The notes beneath the pieces are model-generated. The model did not search any database. It saw nothing but the letters and a program-made list of their open reading frames with translations, and was not told where the DNA came from. Both the position numbers and the translations under genes were made by a program. Below are positions 21,540 to 30,952 of a stretch of 64,000 nucleotides of DNA, piece after piece. This DNA comes from a virus. Taxonomy: Duplodnaviria; Caudoviricetes. How positions within the stretch are numbered: the first letter of the stretch is position 1; every line of letters begins with the position of its first letter. The stretch spans positions 32,001 through 96,000 of the IMG/VR virus record IMGVR_UViG_3300037067_019009; one strand, written 5' to 3'.

Positions 21540-22650
21540 CTTTACTTTCCTCCAAGCTGGCTTTTATGGCTTCGATTAGAACATCTGAACTCTTAATAGC
21601 GGCCAGAACCGCATCCTGTCCATGTAATCTCAACGGCTCATCCACCTTACCATCTGATTTCCACAGTCCTAGTGGGGCAAGAAGCTCCTTAGACATATTA
21701 AACTGATAGTAACTTTTGCTTCCTTCTACTATGGCTTTAGATATAAGCGCGACATTGAATAATAGAAGTATATTATCCGTTCCTACATTATAACGTACCG
21801 TGTACTCCGCCGTTTCATGTGGATGTCCGCCTAAACCCGCGTTATTCTTGTCAACGTATAACTTCACGGTATGTCCCACCACATGTCTGCTAGCTCCCGT
21901 CCCTTCCCAAATGAGGTCTTTCTTAGGAGCTGAGAATTTCAGAATAACTTTAGGATTAAACACCATGGCCCTTCCTCCAGGTTGTGTCTTACCGCCCCCG
22001 TAGGAATTAATATCTACTCTATCCTGGTTTATCATGACCATGGCACATTTGCCAAGGAATGGATTGATATCTCTTGTCGCTCTGCTCATAAGGCGAGCGT
22101 GTAGTCCTATGTTCTGAGACGCTATACCATCTTCCATAGTTTTATCCATTTCAGCCTTAGGTACCAGCATCGCTACTGAGTCTATAACGGCGACATCTAT
22201 TACATTCCTTGGAACTAACGTATCCTTATCTACAAGGAATTCTATAATCATATCCAAGGCCTCTTCGGCTATAGCAAACCCCTCTATAAATATGAGACTA
22301 TCTAAGTCCACACCCACCATACGGGCTTGCTCTATGGGAAACACTCCCTCTGATAGCGCGTACAGGCCAACACCACCAGCCTTCTGTGCCCCAGCTATGA
22401 TTTCCAGACCGGCGGTAGTTTTTCCGGTACCAGAATCTCCCCAAAAGACATGTATAGTTCCTCGCTTCAAACCACCATGTAGGGCTCGGTTTATGGCTAT
22501 GTTCGGCGTAGCTATAACACCAGGATTCATCAGGTCCGGACGCTCTCCAGCTATGAATACTGCTGGGCGGTCGTCTGTGGGGTGGTCTTTCTTCTTCTTC
22601 CTATTTAGTTTATCTATTACTTTAAGCAGCTCTGGATTATCTATTCCCAA
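21532..22650 (-). CDS. recA: RecA/UvsX-like recombinase
   Basis: GDSGTGKTT, VIDSVAMLVPKAE, GLHARLMS, INQ, PGGRA. Confidence 0.93.
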   Translation of the reverse strand: MGIDNPELLKVIDKLNRKKKKDHPTDDRPAVFIAGERPDLMNPGVIATPNIAINRALHGGLKRGTIHVFWGDSGTGKTTAGLEIIAGAQKAGGVGLYALSEGVFPIEQARMVGVDLDSLIFIEGFAIAEEALDMIIEFLVDKDTLVPRNVIDVAVIDSVAMLVPKAEMDKTMEDGIASQNIGLHARLMSRATRDINPFLGKCAMVMINQDRVDINSYGGGKTQPGGRAMVFNPKVILKFSAPKKDLIWEGTGASRHVVGHTVKLYVDKNNAGLGGHPHETAEYTVRYNVGTDNILLLFNVALISKAIVEGSKSYYQFNMSKELLAPLGLWKSDGKVDEPLRLHGQDAVLAAIKSSDVLIEAIKASLEESKDG

Positions 22651-22806
22651 TCAGCTCTCATCTCCTTATGGATAGGTACTCTGGCGACTCTATGAGTCTG
22701 GGTTATGGAGTCACTTATCAACCACCACGATTGGTCATTCACGAATGCAATCCTCTTCTAAAGCTCTTCAAAATGGGCATAAAAAACCGCGGTCTCATAA
22801 TATCGT

Positions 22807-23190
22807 TCATTGTCTATCCCATATTTCCTTAAAGTCCCTTACCCATCCAGACTTGCCCTCGCGCACTCCCAGTCCTCGAGTCTTTACATAGTTACGTATG
22901 TATTCTATATATTTCTCTGTTGGGTGGTACTCTAACCAAAACGTGATCTTATGCGTAGTGGGGTCTCTATCTTTTTCGTATTGCCTATGAATTATACTTT
23001 CATATATTACATTAGTATTCTCATCAAGAAGTTGTATAAATCCATCACTGGGTTTGGCACTAAAATCTACATCTTCATCTACAACACATGTAACAGCACC
23101 TTCTTCTATGTCGATTTCCCAATTTATTATAATAATAGGTACATCGGTTTCTTCATACTTAATAAATCCAAATTTTCCAGGAATCTTCAT
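22807..23190 (-). CDS. hypothetical protein (AT-rich)
   Basis: AGGAG RBS; low GC. Confidence 0.6.
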   Translation of the reverse strand: MKIPGKFGFIKYEETDVPIIIINWEIDIEEGAVTCVVDEDVDFSAKPSDGFIQLLDENTNVIYESIIHRQYEKDRDPTTHKITFWLEYHPTEKYIEYIRNYVKTRGLGVREGKSGWVRDFKEIWDRQ

Positions 23191-23239
23191 TTACATATTC
23201 TCCTTGTTTTTTACAGACAGCAAGTTCCCTGCACTAACC

Positions 23240-23536
23240 TCAATCCTGGACAGCCACGTGCTTGGGTTTGAAATATGGACAACGACCGCTCGCGTTTAAC
23301 TCATAACAACTACATCTATCGGTAATTTCTCCTGTTACATAGTTTCTAAAAACTGTCGTCTTTCCACTAGTACATATATGTCTATTATAAATTCCAGTAG
23401 TAACAAAGTTATCGCCTGCATAGCCGGAGGGTGGTAATACTTTATGGAATAAACAGTCGTTGCAACAAACATCTGTTTTTTCTCTTCGCTTTATACTGTT
23501 ATAAACTTTGATTGCCCTGTCTATATGATGATTCAT
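23240..23536 (-). CDS. Cys-rich hypothetical protein (AT-rich)
   Basis: CNDC...C...CYELNASGRC. Confidence 0.6.
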   Translation of the reverse strand: MNHHIDRAIKVYNSIKRREKTDVCCNDCLFHKVLPPSGYAGDNFVTTGIYNRHICTSGKTTVFRNYVTGEITDRCSCYELNASGRCPYFKPKHVAVQD

Positions 23537-23541
23537 TACTA

Positions 23542-23883
23542 CTACACTCCACTATTACTAGAATCACTTTCCTGATCGAAGCTATCATAAACCTCTTTAG
23601 CTTTTTTCTGTTCTTCTTCGGTGAACACTTCAGGATTCCACATAACTTTTCTATTCAGGAACATAGTTTCTGGTTCTATACAAACTCCATCCTTAAAGAG
23701 TTCCTCAGGATAAGCAGTGAATATTGTTTCATCCTCAAACTCAACCTCGTACAACGGACCGACTTCTTCATAATCGAAATCCTCATGTGGAGCTTCACGG
23801 ATCATTCGGCATTTTTTGCCCCTATGTTCGCTGCCACCATCAAACGGCGTATCAAATCTCAAATTGTAATCATGCACACACAT
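23542..23883 (-). CDS. hypothetical acidic protein
   Basis: GGAGG RBS. Confidence 0.6.
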   Translation of the reverse strand: MCVHDYNLRFDTPFDGGSEHRGKKCRMIREAPHEDFDYEEVGPLYEVEFEDETIFTAYPEELFKDGVCIEPETMFLNRKVMWNPEVFTEEEQKKAKEVYDSFDQESDSSNSGV

Positions 23884-23914
23884 TTTGAGAATCCTCCAGA
23901 TCTCCCAATTTCAC

Positions 23915-24265
23915 TCAGACCAAACGCTCCCATGTATAGAGTATTACATGGCATTTAGTATCGCCGAATTGCACGTAGTGCTCTAGCTCTTCTCTCCCAG
24001 TACGGTCCCAATAACATGGTTCCAACGAGTGGATTACAGATATTCTAGGAAATACATGCTGTATAAGATAGTCTAAGGTAATCTCGCCTGTCGTAAACAT
24101 TATCTTCGCGGCATGCGCGTCTTCTGGATAGTACCAGAACTTAGTATCAGGAGAATACAACTCCAGCCCAGCCTTTATCCTTTCGGCCATCTGCTGCTGC
24201 TCTTTGCGCTCTGGATGCCAAAAATAAAGTTCCCTGATATAACTATGCAAGTCCTTATTCTTCAT
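23915..24265 (-). CDS. hypothetical protein
   Basis: packed ORF. Confidence 0.6.
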   Translation of the reverse strand: MKNKDLHSYIRELYFWHPERKEQQQMAERIKAGLELYSPDTKFWYYPEDAHAAKIMFTTGEITLDYLIQHVFPRISVIHSLEPCYWDRTGREELEHYVQFGDTKCHVILYTWERLV

Positions 24266-24282
24266 TAAACTCTACCACTACC

Positions 24283-25197
24283 TTATTCTGTATTATTACT
24301 GGTTGCTATCTCTTCAAACTGCTCCTCCATAATAAGCTCTTTGTACCACTCTGGCACACCTCTTGTTATGTAACGTTTTATTTTAGGCCAGGCCCATTTA
24401 AACAGCTGGTCTTTAATCCAATCCTCTTCTTCCTCTTCAACATCTTCGACAATATAGTTTATAAGCTTACCTATATCTCTAGGAGATCCTTCGATTTTAC
24501 CCTCTTCCCTAAGATGCTGGACTGACTTCAACCACCTGGCACCTGTTCTTAGTTGAGTAGCTATAAGTTCAATAGTATCCTTGCCACTAGGATTGCTAGC
24601 ACCCCACTCTTCTATGTGTTTTTCTTTGAAGGATTCCGCGACATACTTAGCCATAAGAACTTTCTTGTTACGCCCGAACACCTCATACTGTTTCAGTACC
24701 ACCCCTTCTACCGTAGTTCCACCAAGAATGGACTCCCTCTGTAGAAGTTCCCTTAGTATATCAGCGGTAACAATCCCCTGGTATAGAAGTGGAACGCAAT
24801 CCAGACCAAGCCTATCAGCTTCCACTTTCTTAGCTTCGTAGTCCAGATAGTCTTCCTCTCCGGTGTTAATATCGAAAACAATAAAGAGGTTCTTAGGCAC
24901 TCGGCCGTAGGTCAGTACATTATGTTTTGGCTTCCTTACATATTCCCCTCGATATGTCCATCCATCATGTAGATCTAGCTTAGACAGTGCTTCGACGCCA
25001 GGAGCAAACATATGCTCCGGAGCATCCCAAGGGAACTCCGCACCAGAAGACCTTACTCTTAAAAAGCCATCAAATCTTCCTATGGAGAGCTGTGAACCGT
25101 CAACCTTCTCTTCCACCTGTAACGGTAATGACATAATCTCCGCTGCTGCTTTGTGTCCCACCATATAGATCGATGGATAACTATGCCAACTAGACAT
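24283..25197 (-). CDS. ATP-dependent RNA ligase (Rnl2-like)
   Basis: motif I EEKVDGSQ, GEY, FDI, EGVVLK, AKYV. Confidence 0.85.
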   Translation of the reverse strand: MSSWHSYPSIYMVGHKAAAEIMSLPLQVEEKVDGSQLSIGRFDGFLRVRSSGAEFPWDAPEHMFAPGVEALSKLDLHDGWTYRGEYVRKPKHNVLTYGRVPKNLFIVFDINTGEEDYLDYEAKKVEADRLGLDCVPLLYQGIVTADILRELLQRESILGGTTVEGVVLKQYEVFGRNKKVLMAKYVAESFKEKHIEEWGASNPSGKDTIELIATQLRTGARWLKSVQHLREEGKIEGSPRDIGKLINYIVEDVEEEEEDWIKDQLFKWAWPKIKRYITRGVPEWYKELIMEEQFEEIATSNNTE

Positions 25198-25225
25198 GTA
25201 ACTTATAGTCCTTTCTTACTACCTC

Positions 25226-25438
25226 TTATACTGCGACCTCTTCCACAAGTTTCCTCATAATAAACCCCTCTTCGAACCCACCTATAGCGGGATCACGACC
25301 CGGACTTCCTGACACTAGCACCCCCATACTACACACCAATGGGGAGCCACAATCAGGGCATAGTACCGGCTCATGCTCTCCAGTTCTCCGTTTATTATCA
25401 ACCCAACCACAAAACCTACAGATAGTGTAACCACTCAT
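25226..25438 (-). CDS. small zinc-ribbon protein
   Basis: CRFC...CPDC. Confidence 0.55.
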   Translation of the reverse strand: MSGYTICRFCGWVDNKRRTGEHEPVLCPDCGSPLVCSMGVLVSGSPGRDPAIGGFEEGFIMRKLVEEVAV

Positions 25439-25929
25439 TACGCTGCCGCCTCTTGCACATGTGCCATCTCACGTGCCATTTTTAGTGCCTGCTTTTTATC
25501 ACCAGCTATCCATATCGGCCTTACCTTTCGTATTATGTTGAAAGGAATACTATCATTCCCGCGTATCATATTACATACAGCACACAACGTCTGTAGGTTG
25601 CGGTAGATATCTTTGCCACCAAGAGACACTGGAAGTATATGGTCTTTGGTCAGCAGTACCGGTTCCCCGTTCTCCTCAGCATATAAATTGAGGTGTGCTA
25701 TATCTTTGGCCACCTGCAGGTCGCTAGTGTGTCTTTGCATTAGAAAGTAGCGGCCTACCAACCCACAGCACTTACACTTAAGACTTCTCCTAAATGTACG
25801 GTACCTGGCAGAACCCCCACGTACTCTGTAGACATTACCATCCGTCCCTTTGTACTTCCTAACTATGGTAGGGTCGCATAACGCAGGCAAAACATCATCT
25901 ATTTCGAGTCTTTTTAATGTTACTAGCAC
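25438..25929 (-). CDS. HNH endonuclease-like protein
   Basis: CKCCG...TKDHILPVSLGG...NLQTLCAVCN. Confidence 0.85.
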   Translation of the reverse strand: MLVTLKRLEIDDVLPALCDPTIVRKYKGTDGNVYRVRGGSARYRTFRRSLKCKCCGLVGRYFLMQRHTSDLQVAKDIAHLNLYAEENGEPVLLTKDHILPVSLGGKDIYRNLQTLCAVCNMIRGNDSIPFNIIRKVRPIWIAGDKKQALKMAREMAHVQEAAA

Positions 25930-25966
25930 CTATCGAATTATTCCTTCCACACCTCAAATACCTTGT

Positions 25967-26024
25967 AAAAAGAAAAGGCCAGCTAGTTCATCATACACTT
26001 ATATCATTGACGAGCCAGCTGGCC
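25967..26024 (-). terminator. Rho-independent terminator
   Basis: GGCCAGCUGGCUCGUCA / UGAUGAACUAGCUGGCC stem followed by UUUUCUUUUU. Confidence 0.75.
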
Positions 26025-26106
26025 CAGGCGCGAACAGTTCGTGGACTGGTATCCACTACCGCGCTAAGAGTGTAGTAATTGGGCTGGGTAACAGCTACGC
26101 CCAATA

Positions 26107-26766
26107 CTATGGTGGGTATACCACCATCCTTACTCTGCGTCTGCCGAAGTTGATAGCAGACTCATAACTCCCGAGTCTTATATCGACTCTGGAGCCTTTT
26201 ATACTTCCTCCAGTGTCATCAGCCAGATAGATTACGCCATCTATTTCTACCAGAGATCCCAGCTTAATAACTCTAGGATCTACCGCTATGCCTGATGTTC
26301 TGGAGTCTCTTCCGGTGGCCGTCCTTGGCCCAGTCCCCTGCCTCTTGCAGTTACCGGAGTACGCGGTAGCTACCGCGTACATTTCTATTCCTTTCGTGCC
26401 ACGTGCCTCGCCATTCTTACCCAGGTTTGCCGTTCTGTTCGGCACCAGGTAGCGAGCGGGAAGATCCCTCACGGAATTGTCTCGCGTTTTCACCGCTGGA
26501 ATGGCTTTTTTAGTTTGCGGAGATTTCCGCGCAGCTTTTGAAGACCTTGAGGCCTTCGCCGTCTCTACATTACACTTGGCATGATAGTCATCGCGTAGAA
26601 TCTTAGGTTCTTCTCTCACACTAAGCAAAGTTGCATGAGTAGCGAGACCATCATGAGCAGTGGCCGTTTTAGGTGTGTTAGCCACCTTACTGAAGGTTAC
26701 ATATGTAACAGCCAGCAAACCGACTATAAGCATGGCATAATGCAGCTTAGTGCTGTGCCATAACAC
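26107..26766 (-). CDS. 3D-domain (MltA-like) peptidoglycan lytic transglycosylase with N-terminal TM segment
   Basis: ATAYS, TATG, IAVDPRVIKLGS, ADDTGGSIKGSRVDI. Confidence 0.9.
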   Translation of the reverse strand: MLWHSTKLHYAMLIVGLLAVTYVTFSKVANTPKTATAHDGLATHATLLSVREEPKILRDDYHAKCNVETAKASRSSKAARKSPQTKKAIPAVKTRDNSVRDLPARYLVPNRTANLGKNGEARGTKGIEMYAVATAYSGNCKRQGTGPRTATGRDSRTSGIAVDPRVIKLGSLVEIDGVIYLADDTGGSIKGSRVDIRLGSYESAINFGRRRVRMVVYPP

Positions 26767-26804
26767 CGTTGCGGTTGTTTTGATAGGCTATGCTCCTTTC
26801 GGTT

Positions 26805-27464
26805 TTAGTCTAGCAGCGTTGCGGAATCTTGCTCCACACCTCCAACAAATTCTTCGATTGCTGAAACACACTGCTTTATGGAGTCGGCTAGCTTACCAGC
26901 CTCTTCCATATTGTAGTTCTCTTCACTCTGTATTACTTTTATGTATGGTAACGCCCCCGCGTCCGTGAAATGACAGTAAGCCACTATCCTAGTCCCGGGC
27001 TTCACCATAATATTTAGAATAGGTTCGTACTCAGAAAGCTTCTTACTTTGAGCTTGCTTGGTAGCGGCCTCTTCTTTGAGTATGGCGGTTGTAAGCTCGG
27101 CCATATTCCATGAAGACGACAACGCCTTGTCTATCCACTCCCTGGGGTTATCCGTTTTTGCCACACAGTAACTGTACGCGACCCACGGGAGGGATAGCTT
27201 GCGTGTCTGTGGTGGAAATACGCTCGATGTCTTATGCCTGAGCCATGCCCTGGAAACAGACATTGGTATATCTCCCGAAGAGACCAGCCTACTTATAGGA
27301 GATATCCCTGGTGTAGCATAGGCTTGTACTTGAATAAGCAAGTCGCCTAATCTCCACTGAATAACACTCTCCTCTTCGGAAAGCTTCTGAATCTCACCAA
27401 CAAGTAGTGCATGATCAGAAGTTCCTGATATCATTTCTAGCATACGTTTTCTACATCTCCCCAC
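26805..27464 (-). CDS. hypothetical protein
   Basis: QWRLGD; helical protein. Confidence 0.6.
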   Translation of the reverse strand: MGRCRKRMLEMISGTSDHALLVGEIQKLSEEESVIQWRLGDLLIQVQAYATPGISPISRLVSSGDIPMSVSRAWLRHKTSSVFPPQTRKLSLPWVAYSYCVAKTDNPREWIDKALSSSWNMAELTTAILKEEAATKQAQSKKLSEYEPILNIMVKPGTRIVAYCHFTDAGALPYIKVIQSEENYNMEEAGKLADSIKQCVSAIEEFVGGVEQDSATLLD

Positions 27465-27541
27465 TAATATTCCACGGCATCTTTTTTATCTGAACCCTCC
27501 GCTATTGCCCTAGTTTGCCTACCGGAGATATTTATTAGCTG

Positions 27542-27853
27542 CTAAACGCACAATAAATTAATCTCCTTGATTTCCTCACTAACAGTAGACTTGAGCCTGA
27601 CCAGCTCTCGTCTACCATGGTTGATAACTGCCTGCCTTCTGTCTCTTAGAATACCAGCGATGTACAACGCATCATGCACAGTGCCATAGGAGAGTCCCGA
27701 CCCCCTACTTATCTCTCTTATGCTAGCACCGGACAAATAGCTGCTGACCATCTCCATAGCACGGTAGATGTTAACCTTCGTAGTCCTACTATGATCTCGA
27801 AACATTATCTCAACGCTATCCTGGTTCTGCTTTCTATATGATCCTTTAAGCAC
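27542..27853 (-). CDS. HTH DNA-binding protein
   Basis: YLSGASIREISRGSGLSYGTVHDAL. Confidence 0.7.
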   Translation of the reverse strand: MLKGSYRKQNQDSVEIMFRDHSRTTKVNIYRAMEMVSSYLSGASIREISRGSGLSYGTVHDALYIAGILRDRRQAVINHGRRELVRLKSTVSEEIKEINLLCV

Positions 27854-28281
27854 TCTATCTGCGCCATAGGATCTAGCGACGTTATAAGACTTACTATATC
27901 AGGCGCATCTGATTTAGCATAAGCAAAGAGAGAGTTTAAACACTCCTCCTTGGACTGTCTACCAAAGCTATGCCTGAATACCACATCGGCCATCAACCGC
28001 TGAGCAAACTTTATCAGAGCTTCCTTATTCCAGCCCTGAGGCAGCTCAGTCCTCAGCTCTCTTACCGTCCCGGTACTTCTTACTAGCCCATTAGCAGTAC
28101 AGTTATGTGACTTACCTACCTCATCATTTAGAGGCTCGTAACAGTTGTCACAGTAGGTTGTATACCCCTGATCCAGCAGCATATTTATACTAGGCTGATA
28201 ATCGTCCTCGTCGATGAACAAATCACTACCAAAACTGTCCAAGTTCCACTTCCTCCAATAAGTATTTGGGCGAACATTCAC
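27805..28281 (-). CDS. hypothetical protein
   Basis: CDNC...HNC. Confidence 0.55.
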   Translation of the reverse strand: MNVRPNTYWRKWNLDSFGSDLFIDEDDYQPSINMLLDQGYTTYCDNCYEPLNDEVGKSHNCTANGLVRSTGTVRELRTELPQGWNKEALIKFAQRLMADVVFRHSFGRQSKEECLNSLFAYAKSDAPDIVSLITSLDPMAQIECLKDHIESRTRIALR

Positions 28282-28305
28282 AGAAGACTGGCCAGTTTGA
28301 CTGTG

Positions 28306-28977
28306 CTACTTACTCTTTAGTAGCGACTCATTATCGTCAATATCATTAGCGACATTACTCAAGAACGAAGAGGCGGCCGATGATATCGCGGAGTACGCAT
28401 CATCTAGTCCACTTCTACTGGGTATAAAGTTTCTTGTATTGAATGATGAGAATCCATAGGTCTTAGTGGCGCTTGCTATGCTCTCCTCACTAGTCCCTAG
28501 GTAGCAGAACGTCCACCTACCAGACTCTTTACACGCGCTTATCTTCCTCTTAAGTTTCTCCTCTGGGGTTGTTGAGTAATTCTCGGCGCCATCCGTCAGA
28601 GTTACGACTAGTGCTTTGGAGTCTTCGCTAGTCATAGACTCCTCAATAGTCGAGATCGCTAGCATCATACCGTCTCTTAGAGCCGTCATACCGCTTGGGT
28701 CATAGTCCTTTGAGTTGACAGGATCTAAGTTGCTTACCGGCTCGTTAGCAAATACTACTTTCGCGTGGTTAGAGAACACTATTAGCGTTACATAGGTGTC
28801 TACTCCAGTACTCTTAGCGTCTTTCTGTATCTGCTGCAGCTGCTCGTTATAATTTGAAATTGTAGTTTCCCGAAGTGGATACATAGATCCACTCTCATCT
28901 AACACTAAAGCGATGTACGCTTTCTTATCCCCGTGTTTCCTCACTCTTTGGGACTTTAGTCCTGCTCTTTCTCTCAT
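28306..28977 (-). CDS. von Willebrand factor A domain protein
   Basis: MIDAS LDESGSM, GMTALRD, LTDGAEN. Confidence 0.92.
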   Translation of the reverse strand: MRERAGLKSQRVRKHGDKKAYIALVLDESGSMYPLRETTISNYNEQLQQIQKDAKSTGVDTYVTLIVFSNHAKVVFANEPVSNLDPVNSKDYDPSGMTALRDGMMLAISTIEESMTSEDSKALVVTLTDGAENYSTTPEEKLKRKISACKESGRWTFCYLGTSEESIASATKTYGFSSFNTRNFIPSRSGLDDAYSAISSAASSFLSNVANDIDDNESLLKSK

Positions 28978-29051
28978 CTTATGCTTCCTTTATCTCCTTT
29001 AGCTTTCTCTGGTCTTTGAAGACCTCTGTACAATCTTTAATCGTGATATAT

Positions 29052-29765
29052 CTAATCCTCATCCTCTGGAGAGCCATAAATACGTCTCAATCCTTCATTG
29101 ATGATCAGTCTATCATAGTCGCAATACTGTTCATCGCAATAGATCAACTGCCTGAGTATTTTAACATACTCATCATTAGGTATTTCGATTAGATACCGCT
29201 TGATTGCTTCTTCTGAAGCAAGCACCATCTCTTGTCTAATATCCTCTAATGCCATATATCTACCCCCCCCCATCGCCCAGCTTTGAGGCTTAGCATAGAG
29301 TGCAATCATAAACACATCATCCATTGGGGGCCACTCTAGGGTTATCCCTGCGTTTAGGCAAGTCTTGGTTACATCCACTCCCATCGCTTCAGGGACAAAA
29401 ATTAGATGCTGCTCTTGCGGATTGCAGAATGCTAAAGCCTTCGCATGAAATATTTTACGGAAATAGCCTTGCCAATATATTGGATTCCGACATTGACGAT
29501 CATTCCATTCAGGGTGACGGCCCTTCATCATTTTCCTATAGTGCCCAAAGTCAATCCAAAGTGACACTATATGCGCTTCAGACTCATAAAGGTGATGAAA
29601 TAATGCCACACGTGGAGGACAATCCGATTTCTTTCCATAATTCGGGCAACCCCGGGGATGCCCTGGATATGGGAGACAACAATATGTCTGTATAGATTGA
29701 TCTACTTCCACGGTAACTATACCTGATATGTTGAATTCTCTACTTATATTGTCTAGCGCTGTCAT
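29052..29765 (-). CDS. DUF2284-like metal-binding protein (possibly fused to a second ORF via a G9 tract)
   Basis: GCPNYGKKSDCPP, PEAMGVDVTKT, LEWPP. Confidence 0.75.
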   Translation of the reverse strand: MTALDNISREFNISGIVTVEVDQSIQTYCCLPYPGHPRGCPNYGKKSDCPPRVALFHHLYESEAHIVSLWIDFGHYRKMMKGRHPEWNDRQCRNPIYWQGYFRKIFHAKALAFCNPQEQHLIFVPEAMGVDVTKTCLNAGITLEWPPMDDVFMIALYAKPQSWAMGGGRYMALEDIRQEMVLASEEAIKRYLIEIPNDEYVKILRQLIYCDEQYCDYDRLIINEGLRRIYGSPEDED

Positions 29766-29786
29766 TGTAATGCTCTTCTAACTGAA

Positions 29787-30458
29787 CTATGCATCCTCTA
29801 CAGGCCGAGCAAGGATAAACGAGCCTCGACAATGAGGACAGGATGAATACCGGTCGTCGTAAAGTCTCTGTTTGCAGAAAGGACAATAAAAATCGCCATA
29901 AAAATCATTCAACTCATCTAACGCTCTCCAAAGATTAAGGAATATTGCTGTGTTAAATTCCTTTCGGAATCCAGGGTATTCTTGCTTGTATTTCTTATAC
30001 ATGCTTGAACCTTCGTCCAGCGAGAATTTAGTATTGGAATATCGGTCGCACATTTTGGCAAATACAGCCAAGGCGTTTTCCCTGGTTTTAGGATATGTCT
30101 TTTCAGCTCGTTCCTTTCGATTTTTGCCAAGCTCATTCGAGAGAGCGTAAACGATATCAGCGACTTCAACACCAAATTCAGTCTTAATATCGTTATACGT
30201 ACGATCGGTATCCTCAATAACATCATGCAGCCAAATGGCGGCAAGAACAATTTCCCGCTCTTCCTCACGAATTAGGTGGATATACTTTTCAGCTACCAGA
30301 GCAACCTTGATTAAGTGAACAACATAAGGATAGTCGCCATATTTAGCATGCTCATGACACCTTATGGCGTATACCATCGCTCTATCAACTAGACTCATCA
30401 TCATTATCCCCTGTATACCACTTTCCGACGGAGCATTAATTATATTCTTGGCAGACAT
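29787..30458 (-). CDS. HD-domain RelA/SpoT-type small alarmone hydrolase-like protein
   Basis: A..YA...H...YG..PYVVH, WLHDVIEDT, FGVEVADIV, KMCDRYSN. Confidence 0.85.
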   Translation of the reverse strand: MSAKNIINAPSESGIQGIMMMSLVDRAMVYAIRCHEHAKYGDYPYVVHLIKVALVAEKYIHLIREEEREIVLAAIWLHDVIEDTDRTYNDIKTEFGVEVADIVYALSNELGKNRKERAEKTYPKTRENALAVFAKMCDRYSNTKFSLDEGSSMYKKYKQEYPGFRKEFNTAIFLNLWRALDELNDFYGDFYCPFCKQRLYDDRYSSCPHCRGSFILARPVEDA

Positions 30459-30669
30459 AAGTGATAATTCCTCTCTCTATCGGCCAGCTGCCCTCAAGAT
30501 AAAGATCAGCATTTACTTTTTCCTGATGATCTTCAGTGAAACTCCACCTATCCCCACTTTCCATTTCCTTTTTAACGAGAATTCTCCCATCTTCTTCAGT
30601 TTCTGCAATTACGAAGAAATTATCCACATCCCAATATTCACTATGCGAAAAATGAAAAACAAACATCTT
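30436..30669 (-). CDS. small acidic protein, DpnD/PcfM-like family
   Basis: FFVIAETEEDG; AGGAG RBS before ATG. Confidence 0.55.
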   Translation of the reverse strand, partial: KMFVFHFSHSEYWDVDNFFVIAETEEDGRILVKKEMESGDRWSFTEDHQEKVNADLYLEGSWPIERGIITYVCQEYN

Positions 30670-30874
30670 TTCTCCTAAAACGAAACAGGTCAGTTTCCCC
30701 AGCTGACACCACACCTAGCTCCACTACCCATTCCAGAACCATCGAGCAAGTCTGGTGGGAATATGGCTAACACGCCTCTGGCATTGCTCATGCCACTGCT
30801 TCGTTATCCTGGTTTACATATTGGAATCCAAGGTATTCTTGATATGGCTTACACCATCACCCCATCAATTAGTT

Positions 30875-30952
30875 TGGTCTGGGTGGGAGGATTCAAACCT
30901 CCGGCATCCTGGTTCCAGGCCAGGAACTCTGATCAGGCTGAGCTACACCCAG
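30875..30952 (-). tRNA. tRNA-Pro(UGG) with non-canonical loops
   Basis: Cloverleaf CTGGGTG/CACCCAG, A73, encoded CCA; anticodon loop CC-TGG-AA; T loop TTTGAAT. Confidence 0.85.
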
